Below are positions 37,379 through 49,631 of a DNA stretch of 64,000 nt, in pieces. Position 1 is the stretch's first letter. Each line of letters starts with the position of its first letter. Source of the DNA: Vezdaea acicularis. Its lineage: Eukaryota. A program made the position numbers and the translations under genes. The notes below the pieces were generated by a model. It made no database searches. It saw nothing but the letters and a program-made list of their open reading frames with translations, and was not told the DNA's origin. The stretch spans positions 62,001 to 126,000 of the forward strand of contig JAPEUI010000022.1 of the NCBI GenBank assembly GCA_026025075.1. The letters are read 5' to 3'.

Positions 37379-40063
37379 CTACTCCACGCCTGCGTCGTAT
37401 CTGAGGCCCACAACCCACTCGCTCCCGAATTCGACCCCGTACCTTCTGCGTGTGCCGTACTTCTTCCACACGATGTTACTAATGCCAATGTCGGCGACGA
37501 AGAGCTGCCACCCGCTGCCGGCGCCGGTTATGCATGCGTTCAGGACACCGGTCTTGGGTGCACCCATTGCAACGACGAATTTGGCGCGGAGGTAGATGGA
37601 CTGGTCGCCCTCAATCTTTGTGATCTCGCCTGCACAGATGTTATTAGATCGTTTCTTGCACAGTGAAGGGGGAAGTGTGGAAAGGTGAGACTTACCAGAG
37701 GAAGCATCACATCCGCTGGGAATATCGATGGCTAGTACATTGGCATTGTTCATGTTGGCCCACGAGATAAGTTCGTATGCTGTGTTCTGATCATCGTTGC
37801 GCAAGTCCTCAAAAGCGACATGCATACCAAGCAGGCCATCAACAATAAGCTCCGGTGGAGAATCCGTCATTTCCAACAAGGCCGTTAGGGATCGCCAGTT
37901 CGGGACTAGCTTTCCGCCGGTCTTACGGGAAATGTTCAGTTGAAGACGGACATTCTTTAGTAGTTCTTCTTCTCTCTCGAGACCCATGACACAAGTGATG
38001 ACGCGGATGCCATGGTTATAGAGATGGCGTCCGGCAGCAATGGCACGCGCTCCACTCTTGTTGTTTCCGGCGAGGATTACAACGACAGGGAGTGAATTCC
38101 GGTTTTCTCTTGCCATACGCCTCCCGCCAGGGCTGATTACCGACAGAGCAACCTCAGCAATTCCCCGGGCAGCATTCTCCGTCATCATGTCCTCCGTATA
38201 TTCAGTTTCAACCTCGGCAATCCGTTCGACATCGAGCATCTGCAGAGGGTTGATGACAGAACATGGGCGATCATTTGCCAGTATACGAAGAGATGGTTTG
38301 GAAGGTAGTATACTTGGGACTGGGGATCCTGTTAAGTTCTTTCTGCTCGGTTTCGGGCTAAGCGTATTGGAAGAAGATACCTGCCCTCGAGCAAGAGAGT
38401 TAAGGATTGCAGAATTTGACAAAGCTGAATGGTTTGTGACGCCAGTGATGGCACTGCCTTTACGTGAGGATCTCTGGCGAGTTGACTGCCGAGACATTGG
38501 TTGGTTTGAAATTCCTCGTCTTGAGTCTCTTTCACTCTCCGATTCGCTTTCGTCATCTTCAGAGTCACCAGCTTCGCTATTCCAGGCGTCTTTTGCGCCT
38601 TCGCTATCCAGTACATTCTCAGTAGGGTGCAGGTTCTTTCCACCGCCGGTCCCAGGCTTTGCCTGAGCAAGACGATTGAAGCTGACTAGGCGTTCCTCGT
38701 CAGCGGTAGTGTCATCTGCACGTATCTGGCTGAAGACTGATTTCTTATCAAACTTAGAAAGATTTTCAGCAAAGTCAAAATCACCCCTTGTCTGAATATC
38801 AGTGGCGTCACCAGTAGCCCACCCATCTTGGTCATCATTGGCAGGAGCTCTTTGCTTGCGGCCTCTCTTACTAGATGATGAAGCTGCCTGGAGTCCGACT
38901 GGCCCACCGATGACCCCAGCAACTCGCTTCTCTGGTGCTCCCGGGTGTTCAGTGAACGCGTCTTGTCGCCAGCCATTCGCTTGCAAATTGCCCCGTTTGC
39001 TTTTGCGTTGCTGCACGGGCGAGGATCCAAGCGCATTCTGCGTTTGGGACCCAGCATGCATGGCCTCCTTCTGCGTTCGTCCCTTCCCACGGCGGCTCCT
39101 CTTTCCAGTATAGCCGTCTTTCTTGACGTTTGAAGTAGCCTGGGCTGGTTCTCCTTGTCTCCCCGCCTGAGTTGACCCACCGCGAGGCTTTGCCGGTGGA
39201 AGATAGCTGACATCTTCTGCATCCTCGAGGTCGTCCGTTTCAATCCCACGACCACCAGTGTTCATTGACTTCGCGAGCGAGTTTGCACTTGCGTCTTCAA
39301 AACCGGCTGCTGAAGGAAGCGATGGCTGGGTTGTGGGCTGGCTTTTAGGTTGACGAACTTGAGGATCCAAGAAATGGCGTCCCATGATTTTGTCATTTTC
39401 AGTTGATTGATCCCCTCCAGGCAGAATTGAGGCCGGAATCGGAGGGATTGTAGTTGACAACGATCCTTGAGGTGTTGATTGTCCATTTGTTGCTTTTGGC
39501 TTTCGGTCAAAGCTCACAATCGCTGGATCAATTGCATGTTGCAACCTAGTCGGAGTAACAGAAGAGGGCCGTTCCGCTCCTTTCACGTTGATCGGCAAGT
39601 TTTGCAACGGGGCGGGCGGATACAGGGGTGACTTCGGTTGTGATAGATTTGGATTAGGTTGACTGGCGTAAATCTGTTGGTAAACGGAAGAGTTAGGGTG
39701 GGCTTGAGGCCTAGCATTTGATATCGAGGTAGGGGCTGGAGTCGGGGTAGGTTGTTCTTGTAGTACAGGGTTGTTGAAGCTGGTAGGTCTTTGTTGTGAG
39801 CGAATTTCAATATCGGTAAGTTGAGCTGCGTCAAGGCGATACTCATTCACATGATGACCGGTTTGAAGGAAATGAACTGCGATCAAGGTCAGCAAAAGCG
39901 CCAAACTGCGAAATCTCCAAATCATTAAGAGACTTTTTGCTTGAGTACCTTTGTTGAGAACTAGAGTGGTGCCATCGATCTGCTTGACGATGCCCTCAAC
40001 CTGAGCATTCGGGGGAGAAGTGAGAGTGACCAGAACCTCGAGCCCAATAAATTGTTCCGCCAT
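37379..40063 (-). CDS. EDC3: Enhancer of mRNA decapping 3 (LSm, FDF, YjeF_N)
   Basis: MAEQFIGLEVLVTL; DFDFAENLSKFDKKSVF; YjeF MMTENAARG, AGNNKSGA, IVDGLLG, LAIDIP. Introns 39877-39948 and 37630-37695. Confidence 0.94.
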   Translation of the reverse strand: MAEQFIGLEVLVTLTSPPNAQVEGIVKQIDGTTLVLNKGTQAKSLLMIWRFRSLALLLTLIAVHFLQTGHHVNEYRLDAAQLTDIEIRSQQRPTSFNNPVLQEQPTPTPAPTSISNARPQAHPNSSVYQQIYASQPNPNLSQPKSPLYPPAPLQNLPINVKGAERPSSVTPTRLQHAIDPAIVSFDRKPKATNGQSTPQGSLSTTIPPIPASILPGGDQSTENDKIMGRHFLDPQVRQPKSQPTTQPSLPSAAGFEDASANSLAKSMNTGGRGIETDDLEDAEDVSYLPPAKPRGGSTQAGRQGEPAQATSNVKKDGYTGKRSRRGKGRTQKEAMHAGSQTQNALGSSPVQQRKSKRGNLQANGWRQDAFTEHPGAPEKRVAGVIGGPVGLQAASSSSKRGRKQRAPANDDQDGWATGDATDIQTRGDFDFAENLSKFDKKSVFSQIRADDTTADEERLVSFNRLAQAKPGTGGGKNLHPTENVLDSEGAKDAWNSEAGDSEDDESESESERDSRRGISNQPMSRQSTRQRSSRKGSAITGVTNHSALSNSAILNSLARGQVSSSNTLSPKPSRKNLTGSPVPSILPSKPSLRILANDRPCSVINPLQMLDVERIAEVETEYTEDMMTENAARGIAEVALSVISPGGRRMARENRNSLPVVVILAGNNKSGARAIAAGRHLYNHGIRVITCVMGLEREEELLKNVRLQLNISRKTGGKLVPNWRSLTALLEMTDSPPELIVDGLLGMHVAFEDLRNDDQNTAYELISWANMNNANVLAIDIPSGCDASSGKSHLSTLPPSLCKKRSNNICAGEITKIEGDQSIYLRAKFVVAMGAPKTGVLNACITGAGSGWQLFVADIGISNIVWKKYGTRRRYGVEFGSEWVVGLRYDAGVE

Positions 40064-40595
40064 CGTAGACTGCGAATTGAAGGGAGCTGACCGCCGCAAT
40101 AGTAAATATCGGCCTTAGTCGCTATCGTTTTAACACGGTAAAAGCATTATCATCCCTGGGGTGGAGGAGTTCTCCTGTTCATAGGAAGCTGTCGTTAAAG
40201 GCGCGAGGGAACTTTTCTGCCACCTGCGTTCAAGTGCCAAATGATCTCGGGAAGTACCGTCGCCGACAAGGCCTATCGCGCCGACGTCACATCCAGATGA
40301 TCGAATGCAGTGTGTTGCCCGTCGCTCTGAAATGCAGCAAATGATAATGGGATGTATTCAAGCAGAGATTTCGGATTTTTAGTTCGTTCTAAAGCCTGAT
40401 TTGATGAAGATGGAGTGCTATGTAATGCCAATTTGTATCAAATTAAGCTTGTGTGGGTCCAGGCAGTCAAATAGGCCAAGCTTCCACTCTGAACATTGTG
40501 ACAACACTTTCAAGGATTGCGAGCAGGCTAAGAGCGAAGCAGATCATATCTCCCCGCCACCTAAAGCCCGACCTAGGTACACCATACGCCAATAT

Positions 40596-43448
40596 CTATC
40601 GACCATAGAGTGCCTCCATCGCGTCCGCATCCTCATCTTCCAAATCCTGCACTGGCGCTGGCGCTGCTTTCTTCTTTGCAGCAAGCTCAACATTGTACAG
40701 ACTATTGTAAAACCCGCGGACTTTTTCGTGCGCCATCACCTTCTGCGGGTTAAATCGTAGAACCTGCAACCCCTCCTGGCACGTAGCACGACTCAGCGCC
40801 ACATATGCCTGCCCCTTTTCGAAGACTTTCCCTAGATCAACCTTTACGCGCTCGAGGGTTTGACCCTGTGCTTTGTGAATTGAAAGTGCCCACGCCAGAA
40901 TGAGAGGTATTTGGCTTCTAGCCGCCTGTATCTCTCCGTTTGGCAGTTCGATTTTCCAGTCTTCGTGCTGGACTAACATATCTCGACTTGTACCATTTGC
41001 AATCTGAAACCTTACAAGCGGCCAAACTCTTCCAGTCGTTGCGACCTGGTCCTTTAGCATTCCTTTGAGCTTCTTGCGGGCTTTAATATGCTTGTCGTCT
41101 TCATCAGACTCGACACTATCTCCAGCGTCAACCTCCCCTTCATGGTCTTTATACAGATCGTAGGTGTTCTCGTTCATGAAACCAATGACTTTACCGAGAG
41201 AACCATTGACGAGCGTATCGTCCATATTTTTGATCAGCATGACCTGCGCTCCTTCCTTCAAAGTGATACTTGCAGGAGCCATGCAATTGGACAATAGCCT
41301 ATCTCTCGCCATCTTGTCGGTGACTGTGCCTGAGTCTCTTGCGTCAAACACCCTCTCCTGGCCAGGAAGGACTTTCATTTTTATATTGTTCGAGTAGTCT
41401 ACCTCCCCTCGCGTAGAGAAACTACAACAAAATAAGCACAGCTAGAGCCAAAACGTGGATGGAGTCTTACAGTTCAGTTGCGTCTAACCCATCATCGAAG
41501 GTAAGGGGACGCTCTAACTTCTTAAATGTTTGGAGACACTCTGGCGATATTCTGCCCAACCGCATCTCATTTAGCAAATTGGCGAAAGTAGGATCTCTCT
41601 GCCGAAAGACTTGTGTCAAACCTATAGTATGTTCAATTGAAGTGTTCCAAGTCGACGCTTCGAACGCGAAACGAGAAATCTTTCCTCGATCAGGAACAGG
41701 AGGAAGCTGGAAGAAGTCGCCAGTAATGATAATTTGGATACCCCCGAAAGGTCGTCCGTTGGTCCGGATAGTGCGAGCAATCTCTTCAAGCTTGTCAAAA
41801 AGTTCGCCGTCTACCATAGATATTTCATCAATGATCAAGACCTTGGTTCTCAACCAACGCATCTTCGACTTCTGTTGCTTCTTGATCTTTCTGACAAGCT
41901 CTTGTGCGTTTTCTTTCCCCAGTCCTATGCCGCTGAAGCTATGCAGCGTGACGCCTCCGACATTACATGCTGCCAGACCCGTGGAAGCTGTGACGGCAAC
42001 GCGGTCAGGCTCCTTGAAGTACTTCTTCCGTAGCTCTACAATTAACTCCCGCATGAGAACAGATTTACCGGTACCTAATAATATAAGTACAAGCCCACAA
42101 ACCCTAAGCATGGATACGACTAACCTGCAGAGCCTGTGAAGAAGACACTCTTGCCCTTGTTGACAACCAGATCCAGGACGTGCCTCTGTTCTTCGCTTAA
42201 GAACATTGCTGGTACCCTTGTCTTTCGGCCACTCAATGCTTCAGAGTGATACTCTGCTGGGGGGGCGATGGGTTTGAATTTTAGCTTATTAGTCTGTCTG
42301 AGGCGTTTCTGCTCTTCTTTTACGGCGCTAGCAGTGGTATTCCACGGATAGGCACTCTTTGTGTTATCCTTCGGTAGAGGTGTGAAGTCACTCCTTACAC
42401 CCGTGCCTACTCTACTCTTACTGTTTCTCGGTTGGGGAGTGTCGTCCGAGTTATGAACTTGTCGCAGGGGGTTCCCTCGCGGAAGCCCTGAATGGGTTGC
42501 ATGCGATATCGAAGAGACCTCTTGAAGATCTTTCGTCTCCAACGACCCCGAAGCAGTTGGTCGCGGAAATGATACGGACGGCTCCAAGCTGGCAGTCTGA
42601 GAACTTCGATGACTCCACGGTAAAGTCCTCCTATTTCTCTTGGTGGGGGGGTCAGAATCTGCGGAACTTTGCAACAATTCATGCTTTTGGGAGGTCAATC
42701 TAGCGGCTGGCGGCTGTTTATGCTCGAGGGGAGAGGAAGACCATGTTGCCTGACCACTTGAAAGGGGAACTGGAGGCCCAGTTGCTTGGCGTACAGCAAT
42801 ACGCGGATCAAATGCTGGAGGCAGGGGCGGCTCGATCGAAGTTATTCCTCTAGGTATGCTTCTAGAGAGGTTTGGTGACTCGTCATCAAGATCTATATCG
42901 TCATCAAAGTCATTCTCTTCAAAATAGACTTCGGCATTCTGTGTTGTCTTTGACGGGTTCTCCCCTATTGTGATCGCCGACTTGCTCTCGGAGAACGAAT
43001 CCGGCTTATTGAGTGTATTTTCCAACCCTCGAGCTTGCGATGCGGTCCACTTGTGACCAGTCAATGACTTAGCGGGCCCGTTCAGAGCTGATGGAGAAGT
43101 GGGTCTTAATACAGAAGTGCTATGCGCTGTTTGTGCCATTTCAGTTATGGCAGGTTTCCGGACCCCACTAGGGACTCTAAACGCGTCCGAAATCGTGGGA
43201 CTGCTTGACGCAGAGTCCGACTTCGCTGCTGGAGCCTTCGGTGGAGGCGCTGACTGCTCATACTTTTTGACGCTTCGAGCGAACATGGGGAGATGGTCTG
43301 AGACAACCAAGTCGGTTGTGGTCGCAGAATACCGGATCAACGTAGGCCGAATAGGGAGATGCTGAGGAAGGGGGCGCGTCGTGAGAACCCTGGCACTTGG
43401 GCCGCACAGCACATGCAAGGCCGCAACGTGCCGGCTTGCGGCCAACAT
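40596..43448 (-). CDS. PIF1: ATP-dependent 5'-3' DNA helicase Pif1
   Basis: Walker A GSAG|TGKS split by intron 42075-42124; [39 protein letters not shown]. Confidence 0.97.
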
Positions 43449-43552
43449 ACACCAAGGGGAGTCTCCGGGAGTCTTGACTGCGACGAAGGTTGAATGGACT
43501 GTTGCTACATTGGTAAGAAGCTCACGATACTACTACAAAAGACGAGACACGG

Positions 43553-43918
43553 TCGCGTTGCAGGTTTCGCTTGGAGGTCGCAATCGTCTTTGGCCGGACC
43601 ATCGTTTCCCCGCGAACACCGCCTTGTGCAATCACAGGCCTGAGAGGCGAGTTGTCGGCCAACGCGAATCACCAATTGTCCTAGACTCATTAGATTAGAT
43701 ACAACGAGGTCACGGAAAAGAACTAATCCAGCAGAGAGTCTCACATCATTTTCTCATTGAAGTTTTAGAGGCAATCGGGTCTGTTTGGCATGCATTTTAA
43801 GGTTGGCCTATACTCATCCCCTACATACACTCGAAACCACTGGCGCACATGAACGCGTCGTGTCTCGCAAAATGTCATCTCATAGCTTGTGCTTCAAGAA
43901 TGAGTTGCCCCTTCGCGT
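43553..43918. promoter_or_regulatory. Cluster of MCB/SCB-like (ACGCG/CGCGAA) elements upstream of PIF1
   Basis: TCGCGT 43553, CGCGAA 43611, ACGCGAA 43662, ACGCGT 43853 and TTCGCGT 43912, all within 470 bp upstream of a DNA-replication gene. Confidence 0.5.
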
Positions 43919-44526
43919 AAAAGACGGGAGGGATTGAGGAAAGAGAGAATTACATTGGATTTACAAAGAGAATTCGTCAAATTGAGTGAAAGGGATGAGA
44001 AGATGAGCTTTACACATGAGAATGATGGAGTATCCTAGACGGCTGTAAAACAAACAAAGGTGCAGAGAGTTGAGAATGCAGTTTTGGCACGAATTGAAGG
44101 CTGAAGCGTTGATGAAGTCACACCCAATCGAATCATGCAAATGATGCGTCGACTAATGAAATTCGTAACCCGAGGCACAGCCCAGACTTATAGCCATGGA
44201 AAGAGAAATTAATTGCAGAAAGGACAAGTTGACTGCTCAAGATGTCAGGGACAGGAGACCAAGAAATCAAGACAGAGAACAGAAGCAAAGAGACGCGCGT
44301 GCTTTTCTCCCATCTCAAGATACACAATCTTCCATCCTAGCATTTTGGACCATGGAGAAACCCGAATTTAGTGACCCTGCACGCATACCGAACTACCACA
44401 GATGCTTTGTTGAACAATGGAGAACAAGAAGTATCCAACTTAATGATCGGACCCTTGGTGCAGCCAAAAGGTGGCGTGATGTCGCAACTGAATGGTGGAC
44501 GAGTGGCTGGGGAAACAGGGGGTAGT

Positions 44527-46620
44527 CTAGCCTGGGTAGCCGAAGCCGTTGCCTCCAAATTGACCTTGAGGTTGACCTGGCTGAGCCCACTGTGCATTAG
44601 GAGGCTGATTACCACGACCATAGCCTCCTGCACTAGCAGGCATCTGACCATATCCACCCTGAGCCCCCATAGGAGGGCCTGTGAAGGAGCCTTGCTGATC
44701 TTGACCCCAACGCTGCGCGCCAGGGTTTGGTCCAGCCGATTGGGGGTTGGGCATCTGCCCTTGGAAAGAGCCAGTTGCAGATGGCATGCCCCCTTGCGGA
44801 GTCATAGGACCACCAGGCCCAGGATACTGGGGGAAATAAGCAGACGGTGTAGCTGCATAGCCACTAGGAGTCGGTGGTGCCTGCGGTGAATAGCCTTCGA
44901 ATTGGCCTGTTGCGGTAGGTGGCCGATCTTTACCCCACTATTAAAGGCGTTAGTATCTCCCAGAATGTTAAGGGCTAGGGCACAAGATTAACTTACAGAG
45001 CATTTAAGAGGTCGACCATTGACGGCATAGCCACTCAGCTGACAGATAGCCATAGCTGCGTTCTCATGAGTATCCATCTTGATGAAAGCAAATCCGCGAT
45101 CGGCCTGAAATCTGGTTTCTACAACGAATCCGAAACTTTGGAATAAGGGGATCAAATCGTTCTGAGTAGTGTAAGGAGTGAGGTTTCCAACGTAGCAAGT
45201 AGTCTGCCATTGAGGAGTTTGTTGGTTAATCACATCAAAGCTTGCCGCGCCATGAGTTGGAAAGTGATGGTGGCCGAAAGGAGTCGTGGGGGTGAGACCC
45301 ATGGCAGCCATCTGCTGCTGTTGCTGAACGGACGGCTGGCCCTTCTGGTTGGCCCAGTTGCAACGTATAGCTCGAGACCCAAGCCATTCGCCATCCATTG
45401 AGCTTAAGGCTTTCTCTGCATCTTGACGTTCACGGAAGGCAACGAAGCCGTAGCCACGAGAGCGGCCGGTCTTCATGTCCCACATGACGCGAGCCTCAGA
45501 AACGGACCCAAAAGCTGAAAAGGCCTGGAGAAGGACTTCATCGTTGACCTCGTTTGAAAGATCACCCACAAAAATATGGAAGTGGTTAGAGGTGTCTTCC
45601 TTGTTGGTAGTATTGGACTGGTATGCCCAATTCACACGAATTTCCTTACAAAGAGTCAGCATGCTTGCCTCCGCACACCCATGTATGCATTGGAAAAGAT
45701 CTGGAGTAAGGAACTTACAGTATTGTGAACGCGGCGGCCATTGAGTGTAGACATAGCTCGTTCTGCGGCACCTGGATCGTCGTACTCAACAAAACCGTAA
45801 TTAAACCCTTTACTCTGAAACTTTATTCGAATTAGAGACTACTCTTTGCAAAGACAACGAGTTGGACGTTCAAAAGGTAGAGCAAAAAAGCTCGATGAGG
45901 ACGCAAACAGGCAGAGAGGAGAATTGAGGACGAGAAGAGAGGTGCACGCGGTTGCTTATTTATTTTGGGTGAGAACACGCGACTGGCACACCCAAAGGGC
46001 CACACTTTGGGCAAACCGAGGGACGCCGGGTATTTACGCCTCTACAAATGACTTCTCAACACTCCCCCAAAGTGCACATCAAAGGCTATAGCTTCAAGCT
46101 ACGACAGAGGAGAATCGCATGATGCATAAGCTGCATCTGAGGTTGTGGGTGCAGGAAAAGGTAGGCAAATGGGAGGGAGGGAGGAGCTGACAGAAGAAGA
46201 GTTGATACTGACAGTACCTACATTCTTGTCAGGAATGATTTTGACGTTCTGAACATGACCAGTCGTCTCGAATATCTGCCGCAGCACATCTTCGGTGACA
46301 CGAGGGTCCAATCCTCCCACATACAACGCACGTTTGTTAGGCTCCGGTGCAGCTCGACGCACGAAGCCGCCGGCGCTGGTTGGCGACATGACTCCTCCGC
46401 TGCCCCCCATTGGCGACGAGATTGCGGTAGGAATTGGATTGGTGTTTTGCGGTATAATAACCGGTGGAAGAGGTGGTGGAGGCATGTGAGACGGGTTTCC
46501 TTGGCCTGATGCAGATTGTCCTTGTGCGCCGTTGCTGTCGAATTGTTGCTGACCTGGGGCAGCCGAGGTTTGAGGAGGCGGCGGGAGGGAAGCGGACTGT
46601 TGTGTTGCGGTATCCGCCAT
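44527..46620 (-). CDS. PUB1: Three-RRM poly(U)-binding protein Pub1 (TIA-1 family)
   Basis: RRM1 LYVGGLD..NYGFVEY, RRM2 IFVGDLS..RGYGFVAF, RRM3 CYVGNL..RGFAFIK; Gln/Gly/Pro-rich C-terminus; four coding exons. Confidence 0.95.
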
Positions 46621-48365
46621 CTTTTTTTTATGTTCCGCCCGAAATATCCGACTAAAGAGAGGCTTAGATGACCAACTTTGTTATTTCGAAAATTTGCTAA
46701 GACTAGCTTTGCACGCCGACCGATGGAAGTAACGAGGATAGATACTCTGGTCCCGGGTTTATGCAGAAAATTCCCACGGCTGTACAGCAGCTATATATGC
46801 GAGGTTGGAAAGCTCAGATGACCTTCATGGACTCGGCAGGATTTAAATCGAGAATGAAATGGCCAGCAGCACTTTTATGGGACGGCAATCTCGAGTCGAT
46901 GTCGTCCGGAGATATAGCTGAGCCGTCCACGCGGTCAACAAAGCTTCAGCGATGGGAAAACAGCAAAAGCAGGCTGAGCGGCGGGTACTGAAGAAGATTT
47001 CGCGGAGATGGACGGCGACCTCACGGCTGCAGGTGAGGGAATGATGAACAGGCTCGAGACAATGAGACTCGTGCGGCGGCGGAAGGTCCCAGCGGGCGAC
47101 AGCTACGAAACGAGAAGGAGACGAAAAGAGATCAAGGAGACAGGAGAGAGAACAGCAGAAGAGGAGGAAACAACCGCTCTGCGTCCCAACGCCACGCTTG
47201 AGATGGAAGAGAGGGGGAGTGGAAAGATGGGAGATGATGGACGGCAAAGGGAAGAGGGAAAAGATGAAGCAGTTCACGGTGGCTTTTTTGGCCGGCGTCT
47301 GATCGCCTTCCTGTGCCTCTTGCGGTCTACGGCGCGCCGTGTGCGGTCTGCGGTCTGCGGTCTACGGTATGCAGTCTACGGTCTGCCGGTCTGTGGCCCG
47401 CGCCTGCAGGGTAGAGCAGCAGAAAGGCGGAGGGTCAGCACGAGGGCGGCGAGAGCAGGCGGACGAGGGCTCCCGAGTGGAGCCTTAGGCGAGTCGGCGC
47501 GCCGAAAGGAGGGGCTAACGCGATGGGGACTGGCCGGCCAGAGAGAGCAGTGGCCGTGGCGCCGCGCAAGGGGGAGGCTACAACGGACAGGTGCGAAGGG
47601 CCGCAACGGGTGGGAGGGGGACGGCTTTGCTGCAGGGCGCCCGGAGAGGAAGGAATGGGGAGGCGTTCCGGATGAGCGCGGGGGGGCCGGCACCCTTGGC
47701 ACGAGCAAGCGAGTCGGGGCTCCCGCTGAACCCTACCGGAACCCTGACGGGGCGCATCGGAGACAGAGAGGGAGAGTGAGCAAGTGAGCCCCTTGGAAGC
47801 ATGAAGACGTGGAGACAAAGAGTCGAAGCCAGCGATGAGCTTGAAGCATCCCGAACCGCATACAAAGCACAAGTCTGTTGTATATGGGGGCTAAGGCGGC
47901 GGAAAGGGGCGCCGATGGCTTAACCTCTGGCACAATATTCCAAATCTCCGCCTTCTTCTAAAGTGGGTCCGAGACTCGTGACACGAGGGTTCTGAAGCCC
48001 TGCGTCTGTTCCCTACGTCCAAAGCGGAACTCTTGATGAAACCTTGGACGAGGACAGCTTGAATGTGCCGTGCCACCAGCTACCCAGATCCAGGGAAACC
48101 AGGCAGCTGCAAGCGAGGTGCTGCTCTTCTCAACGCATGCGGGTATTGCCGCTGATTCACTGTCGATCCACCTGAACCATCTTTAAATAAGGAAGAGGCC
48201 TTTCGAACTCAATGAAACTGCTACTTGTGGCAGCTGGAGCCATCTAAGAAGGTTGCTTAGAGTTTGCAACGCTTGCTTCAATCTTGACGCGAAGTCGGTC
48301 TGTTGGCCAACGCTACTAGGCAGTTATCCGGGCTGTTAAGCTTCATTGCATACTCCTTCCTCAAT

Positions 48366-49631
48366 ATGGTGGCCCAGCCACAAACCCAGACGCCTTTGAA
48401 CAGGCTCGAAGCAATGGTCAACGGAGTCGTAAGTTGTTCTCCGTATGACCGGGCGTCATTCGGATATTAACCCGACTGGTCTCGCAGCTCATTCAAACGG
48501 GCAAAGTCTTCAAAGGCCCAAAGTCGCCATCTTCGAGTGACCTTTTCCACACAACTTCGGAAATCCATCAGGCCATTCCCAAGGCCACTGGAACATTTCA
48601 CAGTGCGCTGGATGAGCTTGAGACCCAGCTTGTATGTAATGGCGACCCTCCTCCGAAGTAACTTCTACTTTCTCCTGTTATCGTAGCTGCGAAGCATTTG
48701 TCTCCACTCCATATGCTGACCACCCTTCCAATCGCAGTTGGAAGCCAGCGCAATTTTGACTAGAGATCTCAACGTAGTACGGGCTCGGAGGGCTGAGGAA
48801 GAACGAAAAGCTGCTGCTGCTGCTGCTGCCACGAAGAACATGACTGCCACCCATCCCACCCAGCCTGGGGCGAGAGACAACGGTGTTTCCAACGCTATAA
48901 ATGCCCAAGATATGGGTTTCAAATCAAGTGATGGCGACGTTCTTTCAGCTGAGAGGAACGGCGATAAGCCCATCACAACGCCAGCGGCGCAAGGCGGGTC
49001 AAATGTCGTCAACAAGGATTCGACAAACCCCCGACGAGATGAGAACGCCAAGACAGGTCTCACTGAAACATCTACAGGAAAGCCACAGCTTGGGGTCACA
49101 ACTACAGGAGCTGGCGGCTCAGAAAGTAAACCTGGGAGCCAAGTGGATGAGAGAAAGTCTAGCATTGCTGCTACTGCAGATGAGACGCCAGCAACAGCCG
49201 GTGCGAATATGGCCGATCTAGAATCGATGTTCAACAATGACTTCAAGATGGAGTTCTTAACTGATGAGAACGGCGATCACAACATGCTCGGTACTGAGTT
49301 CAGTCACGAAGATAATCACAACCCCCAATTGTCAATGGATCCAGATGCTCATATAGATCATGACGACTTAAACTCTCTTTTACCGGGATTAGAGCATTAT
49401 GCGAATGGAGGTTTAGATACAGCAGATGTGCCGACGGCCACACATGGACCGACTGATGCAGAGACTTCTGCGATGAGCTCGCAACTTGCGCCTCCAGATT
49501 CTAACTATGATGAATCATTTCTAGACAGTAGTTTCGTAGGCGCAGACGGCTCAGCAAACGGGCAACTCCCTGCTTTGCTGGATAATGACGGAGAACTATT
49601 TGATGACCTGTTTGATATGGTTGTTGAATAG
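48366..49631 (+). CDS. Putative Mediator tail subunit Med2-like protein
   Basis: Three exons (GTAAGT and GTATGT introns) give MVAQPQ..LEAMVNGVLIQTG..FHSALDELETQLLEASAILTRDL..RRAEEERK, resembling yeast Med2 FHGILDDLETSL plus a coiled coil. Acidic, Phe/Leu-studded tail. Confidence 0.7.

Noticed and set aside
1..46620. Functional clustering of RAD5/PIF1 or EDC3/PUB1
   Set aside because: Proximity of housekeeping genes is expected by chance in a gene-dense genome; no shared regulatory evidence.
47008..47787. 259-aa ORF antisense to the PUB1 leader
   Set aside because: Purine-rich mirror of a pyrimidine-rich 5'UTR/promoter, including short GCGGTCT repeats; not protein-like.
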